Shown piece after piece: positions 1 to 11,849 of a stretch of DNA of 64,000 bases. Position numbers and translations under genes: made by a program. The DNA comes from Takakia lepidozioides (taxonomy: Eukaryota; Plantae; Bryophyta), in contig CM060732.1 in NCBI GenBank assembly GCA_030704615.1, forward strand, positions 1,674,001 through 1,738,000, written 5' to 3'. The notes under the pieces were generated by a model. It was not told where the DNA came from. It did not search any database and was given only the letters and a program-made list of their open reading frames with translations. Numbering within the stretch: position 1 is the first letter of the stretch; every line of letters starts with the position of its first letter.

Positions 1-1310
1 ATTTCCCTTGGGCAACTGTTGCACCTCTGGGATTTCTGTCTCCTTGACCAGCCAGAATATTCATAGAGAAGGTCCCCTTCTCTATTTCTGCCACTATCTG
101 TTCTGTAGTTGGAATATCTAACCCTTCACTTTCCAAATCAATTATTTCTGGTTGAGCTGCATGGATAACTTGTGACCTTGTGACAAGTCGTTCAGGTGGC
201 TGTGATGGTTGTGATGCAGAAGTAACTTCCTCCTCCCTCTCCGAAGGTCCTGCTTCCAGTAATAGCATTTCTCTGTGCTGCTGTGCCCCTTCCTGGCCAT
301 GAGCTTGGGAAACATTATCATGCGGAATCCGTGAAGCCAGTGGATCCGCCATTACAGTCTTTCCCCGTCTCTGCCTCTTAGTCTCGAGTTGCCCTGCTAG
401 TCCACCCTCACTATGTGAAGAGCCTTGCTCTTCCATTGCAGTTGTTTCTGGCTCAAACACTCCCATTTCCTTTCTTTCTTGCGCATTAAGTATGCCAGAA
501 TCAAGGATTATTTGAGCAATGATTGGGCCAGACACTATTATAGGAGACTTTGCGGTAGTACCTTGTAATCTTTTCATCTCCTCTACCAGTGCGTTGTACA
601 TTATGTCCGCCCATTGTACCTCTCGTCCCTTCAGGCCTTTGAGTATTTCCTCCGTGAAGGATCTGCTCAAATACTGTTGGTTCTGTTTCATGGCAATCAG
701 AACGTTCAATACCTGGCCTACCTCTTTTAACCCTGGGTACACAGCCTTGGTACAAGCATAACCCTGAGTTTTAAATAAGTCCTCTATTTACAGTCTTGCC
801 CTGTGTTGCTCCACATGCACCTGACCTGCTGGTAATCGAAACAATTGCTGGAGGTATAGGGGAGTAATCATTAATTCAACTCCCTTCACCGTTGTTGTTC
901 CTGTCCTTGGCTCAAAGTTCTGCAAAAATTGTAACATGTACTGTCTATGGTGTAGTGTCCAATCTAGGCTTTGCAATCCTTGCAATCTCAGCTCCTCCAG
1001 TATCTGTATCGCCTGTGGGGTAGCAATTGTTTGTTTCTGCAGAATCGTGGTGCTCTTCACCCTGATTTCCTCTATGCCTCTCACTCTCTTCATTTTAGAC
1101 TCACAGAACTGTTTTGGCTGTAACAACTGCAGGAATGCCTGTAGTGCACAAAGCATAAACGTATGGTTGTCGCAGAAAGCTATGGGTAATTTCTTGTAAG
1201 CCTGCGGGGCTTGCAAGCATCGCTCAAGAGAAAAGCTCCGCTCCGTCCTTTCGTGTCTATGCCACTGCGTAAGTAATATTGCGAGCGTATAGTCTGTTAG
1301 TTCCTCCATA
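1..1310 (-). pseudogene. N-terminal part of the gypsy 3' accessory ORF (plant-transposon-protein-like domain plus acidic linker)
   Basis: Frame continues past the TAA at 788-790 (IEDLFKTQGYACT...KGLKGREVQWADIM...) toward the window edge. Confidence 0.6.
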
Positions 1311-4300
1311 GTTTCCAAGGTATAGCATTGATGGTCTGTCCTGTCGAGACGCCCGTTACTCAGAACGACGCCGCCTCTTGCGCTCAATTTCCCTCCATTT
1401 TCTTGATCCTTTCTCTGGTTTTCTATTGGCTGTATCCGCTGTGACTGGATTTTAGATTTTATCTTCTTTAGTGGACTTTCCCTGTTGGATAGTCCACTAG
1501 GATCACACATGTGACAAGAATTCGGCTTTTCTGTACTTGCCGTTCGTTCCGTTTCCCTTTTTCCGTACTCATTAATGGGCCCGCCTTTCATCCCTTTTGA
1601 CGGCCGTTCTTGTCCTCTTTCTTTTTGACACCTGTCCTTGCACTTCATTCTCGGCTGTGTGTCGCGCCCTGACCTCCACGTGTCTATTTTTAAAGTAATT
1701 TCCGTTTCTTCTTCCTTCAGCCATTTTCCTGAAGTTATTATGTGTCCACTTGTCACTGATTCTATGGATCGTGTAACTTTAGTAGGCTGTGTTGAGCTGT
1801 GACAGGCTGTGTCATACTGTGTTACGCTGTGATAGGCTGTGATGCACTGTGGTAAGCTGTGATAGGCTGTGACACGCTGTGGTAGGTTGTGATAGGCTGT
1901 GTTGCGCCTTGCTGGGCTGTGATAGGTTGTGTCACGTCGTGATGGGCTGTGATAGGCTGTGTTGCACCGTGATGGGCTGTGATAGGCTGTGTTGCGCCGT
2001 GCTGGGCTGTGATAGGCTGTGTCACGTTTGTTTTGCCCACCCTGGTCATATATGCTGGGCCTAGCGACAAGTGTTCCATACTCCGTTCGTAACACTGGTG
2101 CAGCCCGTGACTGCTCTTGCGGTTCAACATGCAAATCATGCTGCAGGGGTTTGTCATGGATACCACTGTACCCCTTCAACTTATTTGCATTGACTCTTCC
2201 CAGCATTTCTTTGTTAATGGTTTGTAACATGGCGGTGTTGTTATCATACATCTTTTGTATGACATAAGGTCCTTTCCACGGTGATTTAAGCTTAGAAGCT
2301 TGAATCTTTCCTTTCTTCTGCAACCATAGAACCAAATCCCCCGTCTTAAAAGTCTTTAACTTGCCTTCATCAAACTGTTCCTTTCGCTTCATCTGAATTC
2401 TGGTCATATTATCAGCTGCATCAGCACGTACTTCTTCCACATGGTATAATTCATGTTTCCTGACCTTGATGGAGTCTTGCAATTCCATTCTTTTTCCCCA
2501 CTCCGTTCTCATGGTAGGTAACAGGAATTCCACTGGAAGTAAGGCTTCCATACCATAAACTAATTGGAATGGTGTATACTTAGTGGTGACTTTATATGAA
2601 GTCCTGTATGACCACAAAGCTGTCAGCAGCTTTGTATCCCAATCCGTTCTGTTTGCATTGACTATCTTAGCCAAGATAGTACATAGTATTTTGTTGGTAG
2701 CCTCTGCCTGCCCATTACCCTGTGGGTAATATGTTGTACTCTTTCTATGCACAATCATAAACTCTTTAGTCAACAACTCAATGGTCTCATTCATGAAGTG
2801 ACTTCCTTGATCACTGATAAATTCTAAGGGACAGCCAAATCGTGTAAGTATGTTCTCATACAGGAACCTTGCTGTGGACTTGGCTGTGTTGTCCCTCAAA
2901 GCTTTAGCTTCCACCCACTTTGTAGTATAATCAGTGGCTGTAATTATGTACCTGTTTCGTGTATTCTTGGATGGTGGGTTAATTGGTCCAACAAAGTCTA
3001 GTCCCCATTTCTGAAATGGTTCCGTAGGCATTGTAGGATGCAAGGCCATCCTTCCAGATCTCTGCAAAGGTCCTAGCCTCTGACATTCATCACACTTCTG
3101 ACAATACTCGTGTACATCTTTGAACAAAGTAGGCCACCAGTATCCTGCGAGTAGTATCTTTCTACTGGTAGTCTCTTCTCCAAAATGACCTCCAGCCACT
3201 CCTTTATGAACTTCCGCCAAAACTTTATTTACTTCATGGTGGTACAAGCATCGTTTTAGTACTCCATCAGGTCCTAACTTATACATTCTGCTTCCTACCA
3301 TAGTATAAGGTAAAGCTTTGATAGCGATTCTCTTCCTCTGCTCCTTACCATAACTAGGTGGGCACTGACCATGAGCAAGGTAGTATCTGATTGGCCACTG
3401 CCAATCTAACCATTCATCTGCACTTCCTTGCACCTCCATTACAAATAAACTCGCATCAGGTAACTGATCGTCCACTCCTGTGGCGGCCTCTCCTGTTGTT
3501 AGTCGTGACAAATGATCTGCCACAAGATGCAAACGGCCAGGCTTGTAAATAACCTCGAACTCAAACTCATGCAAGATTATTAACCATCTTGCTATTCTTC
3601 CGCTTATCAGAGGTTTGTTTACCAGGTATATCAGAGCCTGGTGATCCACATAGAACATAAACTTCTTGCCCAACAGGTAATGCCTGAATTTCTTCACTGC
3701 ATAGATCATTGCCAATGCTTTTCTTTCCGTTGTACTATAGTTCCTCTCAGCACTGTTCATCAACCGGCTAGCATAGTACACAGGTGAATCTATATTCCCT
3801 GTAACATTCTGGGCTAACACCGCTCCCAACGCTTCTCCTGATGCATCGCAATGAACATGGAATACTACATGCCAGTGAGGGTTAATCAGTACAGGTGTAG
3901 TTGTTACTGACAGTGTAAGTTCCTCAAATGCCTGTTGACATTCCGCTGTCCAGGCAAACACTGCATCTTTCTTCAGTAGTTTGCTCAATGGTGCTGCTAT
4001 TTGTGCATACCTTTTGACAAATCTCCTGTAATAACTGGTTTGCCCAATGAATCTTCGTAGACTTTTAACATTCACTGGTGGTGGAGAGGCTTTAATGGAC
4101 TCTGTCTTTCTGGGATCCACAAGGAGTCCCTTCTTACACACAATGTGTCCCAGAAGCACCCCTGAGTTCACACAGAAAGTACACTTCTCTGGATTCAGGC
4201 CCAGACCTCTCATCCTGCATCTGGCCAAGCATAACTCCAATTTATGCAAGTGCTCATTCTTAGAGCTGTACACACTGAAATCATCCAAGAACACCTGCAT

Positions 4301-4537
4301 GAAATCATCCAGATACTCATGAAAAGATTCACTTATCACTCTCTGAAAGGTCGCTGGTGCATTACAAAGTCCAAAGGGCATGACTTTGTATGCATAAGCC
4401 CCCCAGTCTGTGATGAAAGCTGTTTTCCCTTGGTCTTCTTCTGCCACTTGCACTTGATTATAACCACTGAAGCCATCCATGAATGAGTACATCTCATGGC
4501 CTGCCACAGTGTCTAATACTGCTTCTGTGAATGGCAA
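788..4537 (-). CDS. pol: pol (RT-RNase H-integrase) reading in frame into a repeat linker and a 3' accessory domain
   Basis: MPFGLCNAPATFQR, FLDDF, CDAS, GGHFG..CQKCDEC, WGLDFVGP, YYPQGNGQAE. Confidence 0.92.
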   Translation of the reverse strand: MPFTEAVLDTVAGHEMYSFMDGFSGYNQVQVAEEDQGKTAFITDWGAYAYKVMPFGLCNAPATFQRVISESFHEYLDDFMQVFLDDFSVYSSKNEHLHKLELCLARCRMRGLGLNPEKCTFCVNSGVLLGHIVCKKGLLVDPRKTESIKASPPPVNVKSLRRFIGQTSYYRRFVKRYAQIAAPLSKLLKKDAVFAWTAECQQAFEELTLSVTTTPVLINPHWHVVFHVHCDASGEALGAVLAQNVTGNIDSPVYYASRLMNSAERNYSTTERKALAMIYAVKKFRHYLLGKKFMFYVDHQALIYLVNKPLISGRIARWLIILHEFEFEVIYKPGRLHLVADHLSRLTTGEAATGVDDQLPDASLFVMEVQGSADEWLDWQWPIRYYLAHGQCPPSYGKEQRKRIAIKALPYTMVGSRMYKLGPDGVLKRCLYHHEVNKVLAEVHKGVAGGHFGEETTSRKILLAGYWWPTLFKDVHEYCQKCDECQRLGPLQRSGRMALHPTMPTEPFQKWGLDFVGPINPPSKNTRNRYIITATDYTTKWVEAKALRDNTAKSTARFLYENILTRFGCPLEFISDQGSHFMNETIELLTKEFMIVHRKSTTYYPQGNGQAEATNKILCTILAKIVNANRTDWDTKLLTALWSYRTSYKVTTKYTPFQLVYGMEALLPVEFLLPTMRTEWGKRMELQDSIKVRKHELYHVEEVRADAADNMTRIQMKRKEQFDEGKLKTFKTGDLVLWLQKKGKIQASKLKSPWKGPYVIQKMYDNNTAMLQTINKEMLGRVNANKLKGYSGIHDKPLQHDLHVEPQEQSRAAPVLRTEYGTLVARPSIYDQGGQNKRDTAYHSPARRNTAYHSPSRCNTAYHSPSRRDTTYHSPARRNTAYHNLPQRVTAYHSLPQCITAYHSVTQYDTACHSSTQPTKVTRSIESVTSGHIITSGKWLKEEETEITLKIDTWRSGRDTQPRMKCKDRCQKERGQERPSKGMKGGPINEYGKRETERTASTEKPNSCHMCDPSGLSNRESPLKKIKSKIQSQRIQPIENQRKDQENGGKLSARGGVVLSNGRLDRTDHQCYTLETMEELTDYTLAILLTQWHRHERTERSFSLERCLQAPQAYKKLPIAFCDNHTFMLCALQAFLQLLQPKQFCESKMKRVRGIEEIRVKSTTILQKQTIATPQAIQILEELRLQGLQSLDWTLHHRQYMLQFLQNFEPRTGTTTVKGVELMITPLYLQQLFRLPAGQVHVEQHRARL
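1785..2025. repeat. 30-bp tandem repeat (about 7 units) built from 10-bp GCTGT-phased subunits
   Basis: GCTGGGCTGTGATAGGCTGTGTTGCGCCGT-like units, translated as TAYHSP(A/S)RRN in pol. Confidence 0.9.
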
Positions 4538-4552
4538 AGGGAAAGGATCTTT

Positions 4553-7500
4553 CTACGTACAAGCATTCAGCTTCTTATAGTTCACACATACTCTTAGTTT
4601 GCCATTCTTCTTGGGAACTATAACAATGGGTGTCAACCAAGTTGTATACTCTATTGGGTATATAAACTTAGCCTCAGCCAACTTCTTTATCTCTTCTCCA
4701 ACCTTCTGTGCGTAGTTGGGATTCATTCTATACCTCGTCTGCTTGATTGGTACTGACCCTGGTTCCAGTTCAATCTTATGCTGACAGACTTCAGGTGGTA
4801 TCCCTTTTAGATCCTCATAGCTCCAAGCAAATACATCTCTGTATTTGATGAACAAGCTTTTAGCTTCTTCGAAGAATTCCGGCTCCAAATCAGCTCCTAC
4901 TTTCACCATCCTCGGTTCCTCCTTAGTTCCCACATTTACTTCTCTCACCTGTTCATCAGCTGTGATTGTCCAACCTGTCACCACTTCCTCCTGTAAGCTC
5001 ACAGTGGCTGGTTCTTCTAGGATTTCTATTTCTCCTTCTCTCTCTTCATAGAAATGTGATGGGTAAATGCTGGTTTCCTCTTCAGTTGGTGTTGCTGTCA
5101 CTACACCACAGCAGATACCTCTCAAACAACTTAGGCTTTCCAGCCGCATCTCTGCAATCTGCTCCCACTCTGGGTGTGCAGCAAATAGGGTAGCTTCCTG
5201 CTCCTCATCCAGTCCTCCTCTCCAGTCATACTCTCTGACTCCTCGAGGTCTTCTTGTAGCAGGTAATCTACTAGATTTCTTTGTGGTAATTTGTATCTCG
5301 TGTATCCCATTATGCACGGTTAGTAACTGAGAATTCCAGTCATGGAATACCCTGGCCTGTTTCAGCCACGGACGTCCCAATAATAAGGAGTAAGCCTCCA
5401 TGACTTCATCCATTTTTAATACAGTTACTGTGATCATAAAGATCATTTTCTGTATCTGTATCTTAACTCCTCTTATTAATCCCAATGGTTGTACACTTCT
5501 TTGATCTGCCATTGTTACTGTAAATGGGGCTGGTTTCATGTTACTTAGACCAAGCTTCTTCCTTAATTGGTCTGTCATGATATTTACTCCAGAACCACCA
5601 TCTATCAGTACATCAGTTAGTTCTGTGCTTCCAATTCTCAATTGGATTACTGGCATAGAATCATCAAAGTCCATGACTGGTTCTCGCCCTTCCGGCTTCA
5701 CATTATAACTGGTCACCTTGCTGTTCAGGTCTGTGTTTCCTGTCTCTTGGGCAATTCGATTGATTGCTTGATACAGCCTGTGCCTACAATAAGGTGCCAC
5801 AGCTAATAGCTGTCCAATGGTAATTTCTGCTTTGGTCTGACATATTACTGCAGCCAAAGTCTCTTCATTACTTTGCATGTCTGCATCTTCTTTTTTCCTT
5901 TCTTCCTCACTCCCTTCTTTTTCTCCATCCGAATCAGAGGAATCTGCCACAGGAATATCAGTACTCTTTTGCATTTCCCTTATAGTATCTGCCACTTCCT
6001 TGTGCAGTTCTTTCTCATCTTTCCAAGTCTCTTCATCTTCAGGCATATCATTGCCACTTCCAGTCTCATCTTCTTCCTCTTCTACTGGAGGTATTAGTTT
6101 GGCTTTACTTCTTGTTACTATCATTGTACTTACTTCTGGTACAACACATGGCCTAACCATGTGAGCTGCCACCACTGGGCCCTCATTCACAGGAGCTCTC
6201 ATCTCATTCTGGTGTCTTATCCAGAATGAACAGGCTGCCTTGCGATGTCCTGGCTGATTACAATAGTAACATAGCTCTTCACCATTGGGTCCTCGCCCTT
6301 GGTCTGTTCTTGGATTATTTCTATAATCCTGATTCCCGGGCTGGTAATTCCCCCTTGGATTACCCTGATAGTTGCCTCTGGAATTTCCTTGGTAATTCCC
6401 TCTTGAATTACCTCTCCCTTCCATGCCATTGTTATAACCACCAGACCTACCATAGTGGTCCTGATCATTGTTTCTTCTTGGCTGGGGCTGCACCTGATGC
6501 ACCCTTACTTGCCTAGGTTCTCTTGCAGCTGTCCTTCTGTTGTAGTAACAATTCTCAGTAGAATGGTTATCCATTTTACAGATAGTACAGTGTTTCTCCT
6601 TCATGTGGCATTCTGTGGTGGTATGGCCTTCATTCTGGCACTTTGCACACCATACACCCTTCCTCCAATGTGTTGCAGCCTCTGTGGCATACTTCTTCAA
6701 GATTTCTTCCAATTTTTTTTCATAGTTATCCCTCTTCAACTTCTCCTTTCTCTTACTCTTTCTTTTTAGTTCTTGCTCTTCTTCTTCATCTGACTCATCC
6801 TCAGAGTCCTCATCTTCTTTTTTCTCTCTTCTGAGCATTCCCAATTGCTCAATTCTGTTCGCAGTTTCAAATGCCTCCTCCACTGTATTATGGGGTAACA
6901 TATCCACTTTCTTTTGCAACTCTGGTCTTAATCCACTCACAAACCAAGTCTTCTGTAAACCGGGCGCTGGTACTACAGCCAGCTTTTTCATCATCAATTC
7001 CATCTTCTCCATATACTCTTCAACAGTTTCATGCTTCTTCTGCTTCAGCTGTTGTAAACTTCCATACACTTCATCCTCAGTTTTACTTGTCCTGAACCTA
7101 TTTTGAAATGCTTCAAGCCATTCCAGGTTAGGAAATGATTATCAGGAAATCTTGCATACCATTCACTTGCTTTCTTGATAAGTGAACAAGGAAACAGTCT
7201 CATCTTGGCATCATCGCCATTCTCATTGTTCACTATACACATGTGCTCAAATTGGCTAATGTGTACATCGGGATCCCCTTTTCCTGAATATATTGGAAAG
7301 GGTGGTTTTGCCCGTGTTGGTTGTAACGCCATCTGTGGCCCTACCTTCTGCCCACTGACAGGTGCTGGTCCTTCTGGACCTGTTGTTTTTGTGGTGGATC
7401 TTCCACCAAGTGGTGGCCCTTGAGCACTCCTTGCTTCTGGCCCCACGATATTCACAGTATTCCCAGCTTCAGTTGCACTACTTCCCACACTCCCTGTCCC

Positions 7501-8145
7501 CCCAGAGCCAGATCCAGGCAGCCCGCCTGATCCCCCTCAGCCGACACCTTCGTTGACCTGTGATCCAAGTGCTCCACTTGATCCAGGTCCAACGGGTTGG
7601 GATGTCCTGGTTGTAGTCTCAACCTCAGCTGTTGGGTCTACTTCTTCATATTCTTCCTCTTCTAATTTCTTCTCTCTGTTTTCATCCTCCAAGTTCTGCC
7701 CTTGGGTTTCTTCTTCACTCATGTAACTCAACTGTAATGGTGTTGGAGAGTCTGAACTCTCCGTTGGCTCTGCCACATCCTCTTCTCCTTCTTCACCTTC
7801 TGCTTCAGAAACTGGAGTTCCTACTTATGGTGTTCCATGCCAACTCTTATCAAAGATTTCTGTCAAGTCTTTTATCCAAGGATGAACCTCAGATCTTTCA
7901 CCTCGTGATTGATCTTCTTCCTGTACCAATTCCCTTAATCTTTCTTGCAAAGAAACAGAAGGAGTGGCATCCAACTCTAGTTCTTCCGGTATAGGTGATG
8001 CACTCTTTGATCTTGATGGTGTGAGAGGTCCAGATGATTCCCCTATGTCTATTCCTCTCTCCCAAAGATATGGATAATTAGCTTTCAGATAGCTTTCTCT
8101 TTTTGCTGAATATCTCTGTCGTCTAGCTTCTCTTTCATCACTCAT
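4553..8145 (-). pseudogene. gag: gag, aspartic protease and start of RT (interrupted by stops and a frameshift)
   Basis: Retrotransposon gag motif (YSGKGDPDVHISQF...KASEWY), three CCHC-type knuckles, GN(S/P)RGNYQ repeats, DGGSG protease; TAG at 4553 corresponds to GAG in copy 2. Confidence 0.9.
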
Positions 8146-8181
8146 GTCCCATGTCTTTCATTTCTTTTAATGTGGCAATAA

Positions 8182-8862
8182 TCAAAACTCTCTTCTGTAA
8201 TATCTCTCGTATATGCCTGGGTTTCTTTCAAGCTTCAATGCACCCTTGGCTATACTTGAAGTCTCCGTTACCATATAACCATATGGCAAACAAGTCTGAA
8301 AAGCTGTTCTTGGTGTGAGTTTGATCCACAAAATATCCTTTGGAATCCAATTCTTTACCAGTACCAGCTCTTCATGCATATGAGTATAAACATTCACCTT
8401 TCTTTCTTCCCAGCCTTCAAACTCTACTCGTTTAATGGATAGCAATGCTATCACATAAACCAATGTTGGTAACCAACGTGCTCTTCCTCTACAGGCTACC
8501 TGATAAATCTTTATCACTCCTTTCTCCAGACCCCATTCTGGATCAGCATCATGCACTCGTTTAAGAATATTTTCTTTACAACCGTCTGGCAATTCCAAGA
8601 ACCTTTGAAAGAATTGTTTGGACAATCTTTCTTCCTTCGTTCCATAGGGAATTTGATTCACTTCAAATTCTTTAATGGTACATCCACCATGATCCCACCA
8701 GATGCCTGTCACATCTGGTTGTTCATGTCCCAGGTCCCCAGTATGGTCGCCAAATGTCGCGCGGCTTTTACTCACCCATCCCTTCGCTATTCGAGGCGGA
8801 AACTCCAAGATAGAATAGTTGGAAATCTCTAAGTACTCAGCCCGCGCAGAACAATCAGTCAT
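8182..8862 (-). CDS. Extra ORF upstream of gag (226 aa, unknown function)
   Basis: Open frame that starts in the LTR and crosses the PBS; nearly identical protein in copy 2 (41907-42543, frameshifted). Confidence 0.5.
   Translation of the reverse strand: MTDCSARAEYLEISNYSILEFPPRIAKGWVSKSRATFGDHTGDLGHEQPDVTGIWWDHGGCTIKEFEVNQIPYGTKEERLSKQFFQRFLELPDGCKENILKRVHDADPEWGLEKGVIKIYQVACRGRARWLPTLVYVIALLSIKRVEFEGWEERKVNVYTHMHEELVLVKNWIPKDILWIKLTPRTAFQTCLPYGYMVTETSSIAKGALKLERNPGIYERYYRREF
8735..8752 (-). promoter_or_regulatory. Primer binding site (TGGCGACCATACTGGGGA), resembling the complement of a tRNA-Arg 3' end
   Basis: Starts TGG two bases after the LTR-terminal CA; identical motif at 41963-41980. 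tRNA identity from recalled plant tRNA-Arg(UCG) end ...GTGGTCGCCA. Confidence 0.75.
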
Positions 8863-9729
8863 GACCTACAGCTAGTGTATCATGGGGGTGTTTCCTATTT
8901 GTTTCCCTTTTGGTATTCATGTTAGCTATCTTACCATTGATAATTAAATATCAGTTTGCTTTATCAATCTATTGGATTCCATCAGCTCATCCATTCATTT
9001 CACAGCTTCACTCAGATCTCTCTACACAGTATGATTGTATCGTAAAAGTATCCGATTATGATTTATCAGGTATCAGGCCGAAGCCATTGTGTCTCTAATC
9101 TGCTCTACAATATCATTACAGCCTTGCCTATATCAAGCATCTACTCGTCATCTCTCTATCTTCACTTCCGTTCCTCATCTCTGCCCGATCCCCTCTCCTC
9201 TATCACCAAGAAGTCCTCCTCCGAATGGTGTCCCTTCCTTCCCCGTTTCTCCCTTTATCTTCCTATCCGCGATTCTAACCGTTTCCCTCACTAACCGTAT
9301 CTGTGAACTAACATGTTCCCTTCGCAGGTGTTGTTTCCCACAGTCGTTCCCTGTCCTACTCTTTGTTCCCTATGATCGTGACAGCTGTGTCAAGCTGTGA
9401 CTGGCTGTGTGAAACTGTGACGGGCTGTGACTGGCTGTGCGACTGTGTTTGGCTGTGTCGGGCTGTGTCGGGCTGTGTCGGCTGTGTCGGCTGTGTCTGC
9501 TGTGACGACTGTGATGGGCTGTGTTGGCTGTGTTGGCTGTGATGACTGTGACGGGCTGTGTTGGCTGTGTTGGCTGTGACGACTGTGACGGCTGTGACGG
9601 GATGTGTAACCCCCCTCTACAGTACGCTGCTGTCACCCCTAAGGCTCCTGTTGGTCTCAGTTTGTGCAAAAATTAAGGGTACCCTACAGATCCCGTATAA
9701 GTGTCTAAGTCCCCGACAGTCCTCTAACA
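8755..9729 (-). repeat. 5' LTR of gypsy copy 1 (975 bp) with internal CACAGC/GCTGTG-rich repeats (~9380-9600)
   Basis: Minus strand begins TGTTAGAGG and ends CGACA; homologous to 20579-21520 and 40948-41960. Confidence 0.9.
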
Positions 9730-11024
9730 AGTAGCATCCAAGGTAGGCATTCCCTTGCTGGTATTAGACTTGGAGAAGGGGTCTGAACCCTCCACATCCT
9801 GCAATGCTTCATCACCCATGTACCAATGCTTTTTCCTCATGGGACGATGGGATTTACAGGGGGTTTTGTCAGGACTGGTTGTTGATTTGGAAATCGTACC
9901 AAGTAGACCAGTTTCAGGATTGATATCACCTGGTAATCCCAAAGGTGAGTGGGACGTTTGACGCTTGCAATTTGGGGATGTCACCTCTTCTGCTCCACGA
10001 GTGGAGTGCTTTCTTGTAGGCTCCATTTGGATGCCGGCAACTGACGGGCTCACTATGGAGGATCTTCCGACCCCTCCATGAGCTAGGTGGTGATCATCTT
10101 GATTACCAGAGTATGAGATGGAAAAGCATGTTGGATCTGCCCCAACCCCCCCAATATCAATGCATGATTTGTGTGAAAAAAAAAAATGAAGATGGATTGA
10201 ATGGAAAAGAAATTGAACAATTATGGAACTCTGTAATAGCAATGGACTCTGTACAAGAAAATGGACATCTGCGGAGCAATACAGATATTGCATGGACTTC
10301 CATGGAAATGAGCAACAGTAGTGGAGTCTGTATAGGAAAATGGACATATGTGGAGCTATACAGATGCTTCAAGGATTTTCGTGGACCTAGGACAGATAGA
10401 AAGACTTTACACATGGACATACATGGACTTATGGAACATTAAGGAAGCATCCAGCAAAGTAATGGGAAAAAAAGGAGCCACTCATGAAAATGCTGGAGTT
10501 TGGGGTGCAGAAAGTACCCCAAGTGGAATAACATGGAGACAACAGCTTCTGGGGGAGTTTATAAGAATTGACAATGTTCTATAGATCATCGTGGACCATT
10601 GGGGCTAATCGGAAGACACAAGATGCCCTAACTATGTGGAAGAGGCTGAAGCAAGACTTTCTTGAAATGCATGGAAGAAAACAATGTATAAAGCCTAAAC
10701 AGTAGAAAACTAAGAAGGCAAATGGACTAAGTTTAAGGGAAAAAGATGGCTTGCCTTTTGGTGGAAGGTTCAGTCTATGATGCTTATGGACACCTTCACG
10801 TTCCAAAACCCTACAAATGTCCACTGCTTCAGAAGCTGTTGTACAATACAATACAAGCTGGGCTTTTCGACTCTGTATTTGACTCATTTTTTAGTCGTTT
10901 GCGACATTTTTACTCCCAGCCTCCATAGTCGAACATGCGTGACAAAGGTCAAGTCGTTTCAGTCAAGCAGTCGAATCCAGATGCCAGGTTCTGGCAGTGA
11001 AATGTGACAGTAAAACCTAGGGGG

Positions 11025-11183
11025 TGACGTGTAGGCAACACAGTATGACGTGGATGCGACGCGGCTATGACGTGTAGTAAAGTGGTTTAACTGAATTATA
11101 AGGTGGATGCATGACGTGTAGTGAGTGGCTTAAGGGCAGAGTGACGTGGATGCATGACATGTAGTAAAGTGGTTTAACTGAAG
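11025..11183. promoter_or_regulatory. Cluster of five TGACGTG (bZIP/as-1/hex-like) motifs in short direct repeats; probably an LTR or promoter of another element
   Basis: TGACGTG at 11025, 11046, 11068, 11112, 11142; duplicated block TGTAGTAAAGTGGTTTAACTGAA. Confidence 0.45.
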
Positions 11184-11335
11184 TGGAACATATTGACTAT
11201 GTTCCATGATGTTTAGTATACAGTTTGACTGTGAATCAGTGATAGTGCGTTTGCTTGACTTTGTACAGTGTAATATTCTACTGTGAAGCAGTAAAAGAGG
11301 ACACATTTTAGTAAATAGGTTTCACTCTGGGGGTG

Positions 11336-11410
11336 TATATACATATATATATATATGTATATATATAATAAATACATACATATAAATTTTTATATATACA
11401 ATATATATAA
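11336..11410. repeat. Imperfect (TA)n microsatellite
   Basis: Direct reading of the sequence. Confidence 0.9.
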
Positions 11411-11849
11411 AAACTGGGAGGCTTTTTATTTAATATTTGGTTTTTTTTTGTTTATTACTGTTATTTCGTTTTTTTCATTTACTTTTAGTTTATATCTGTA
11501 CGTATGTGAATTAGTGGATATTGTATTTAAATTTTTTGATTCGCTGCACTGCATTGAAAATATATTACAAATACAACAAAACATAGAATACAAATACAGG
11601 TCGGAACCAAAAACATTTGGATGGCTCAAAACCGGTTTATATCAAGAGTGTTTTGCAAAACAAGTTTTGGCCACATTCTACAAATGACCAACATGAGGGC
11701 CATGTTGCCATATCCATAGATCACTGCCCAACTGAAGTCACTGAGTAAGGATAATCTGTTGTGCAGCTAGGTCCAGCACTATCGTGGACATGTCAAGAGA
11801 ACATTAGAAATCATTTGAGAATGAATTCAGGCAGTTCCAGAGAATGGTG

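Larger units (their letters stand above)
1..9729 (-). mobile_element. Ty3/gypsy LTR retrotransposon, copy 1 (non-chromovirus, Athila/Phygy/Selgy-like); 3' end runs off the window
   Basis: 5' LTR (TG...CA), PBS, gag with CCHC knuckles, protease (LIDGGSGVN), RT (FLDDF), RNase H (CDAS..ALGAVL) and integrase (HH..CC, GLDFVGP, SDQG) in gypsy order. Confidence 0.95.

Noticed and set aside
4553-4555. Programmed stop-codon readthrough between gag and pol
   Set aside because: The TAG lies inside the RT domain and is GAG in copy 2, so it is a nonsense mutation
9730-11000. Protein-coding gene adjacent to the copy-1 LTR
   Set aside because: Only short broken ORFs on both strands with no recognisable motif; probably decayed TE sequence
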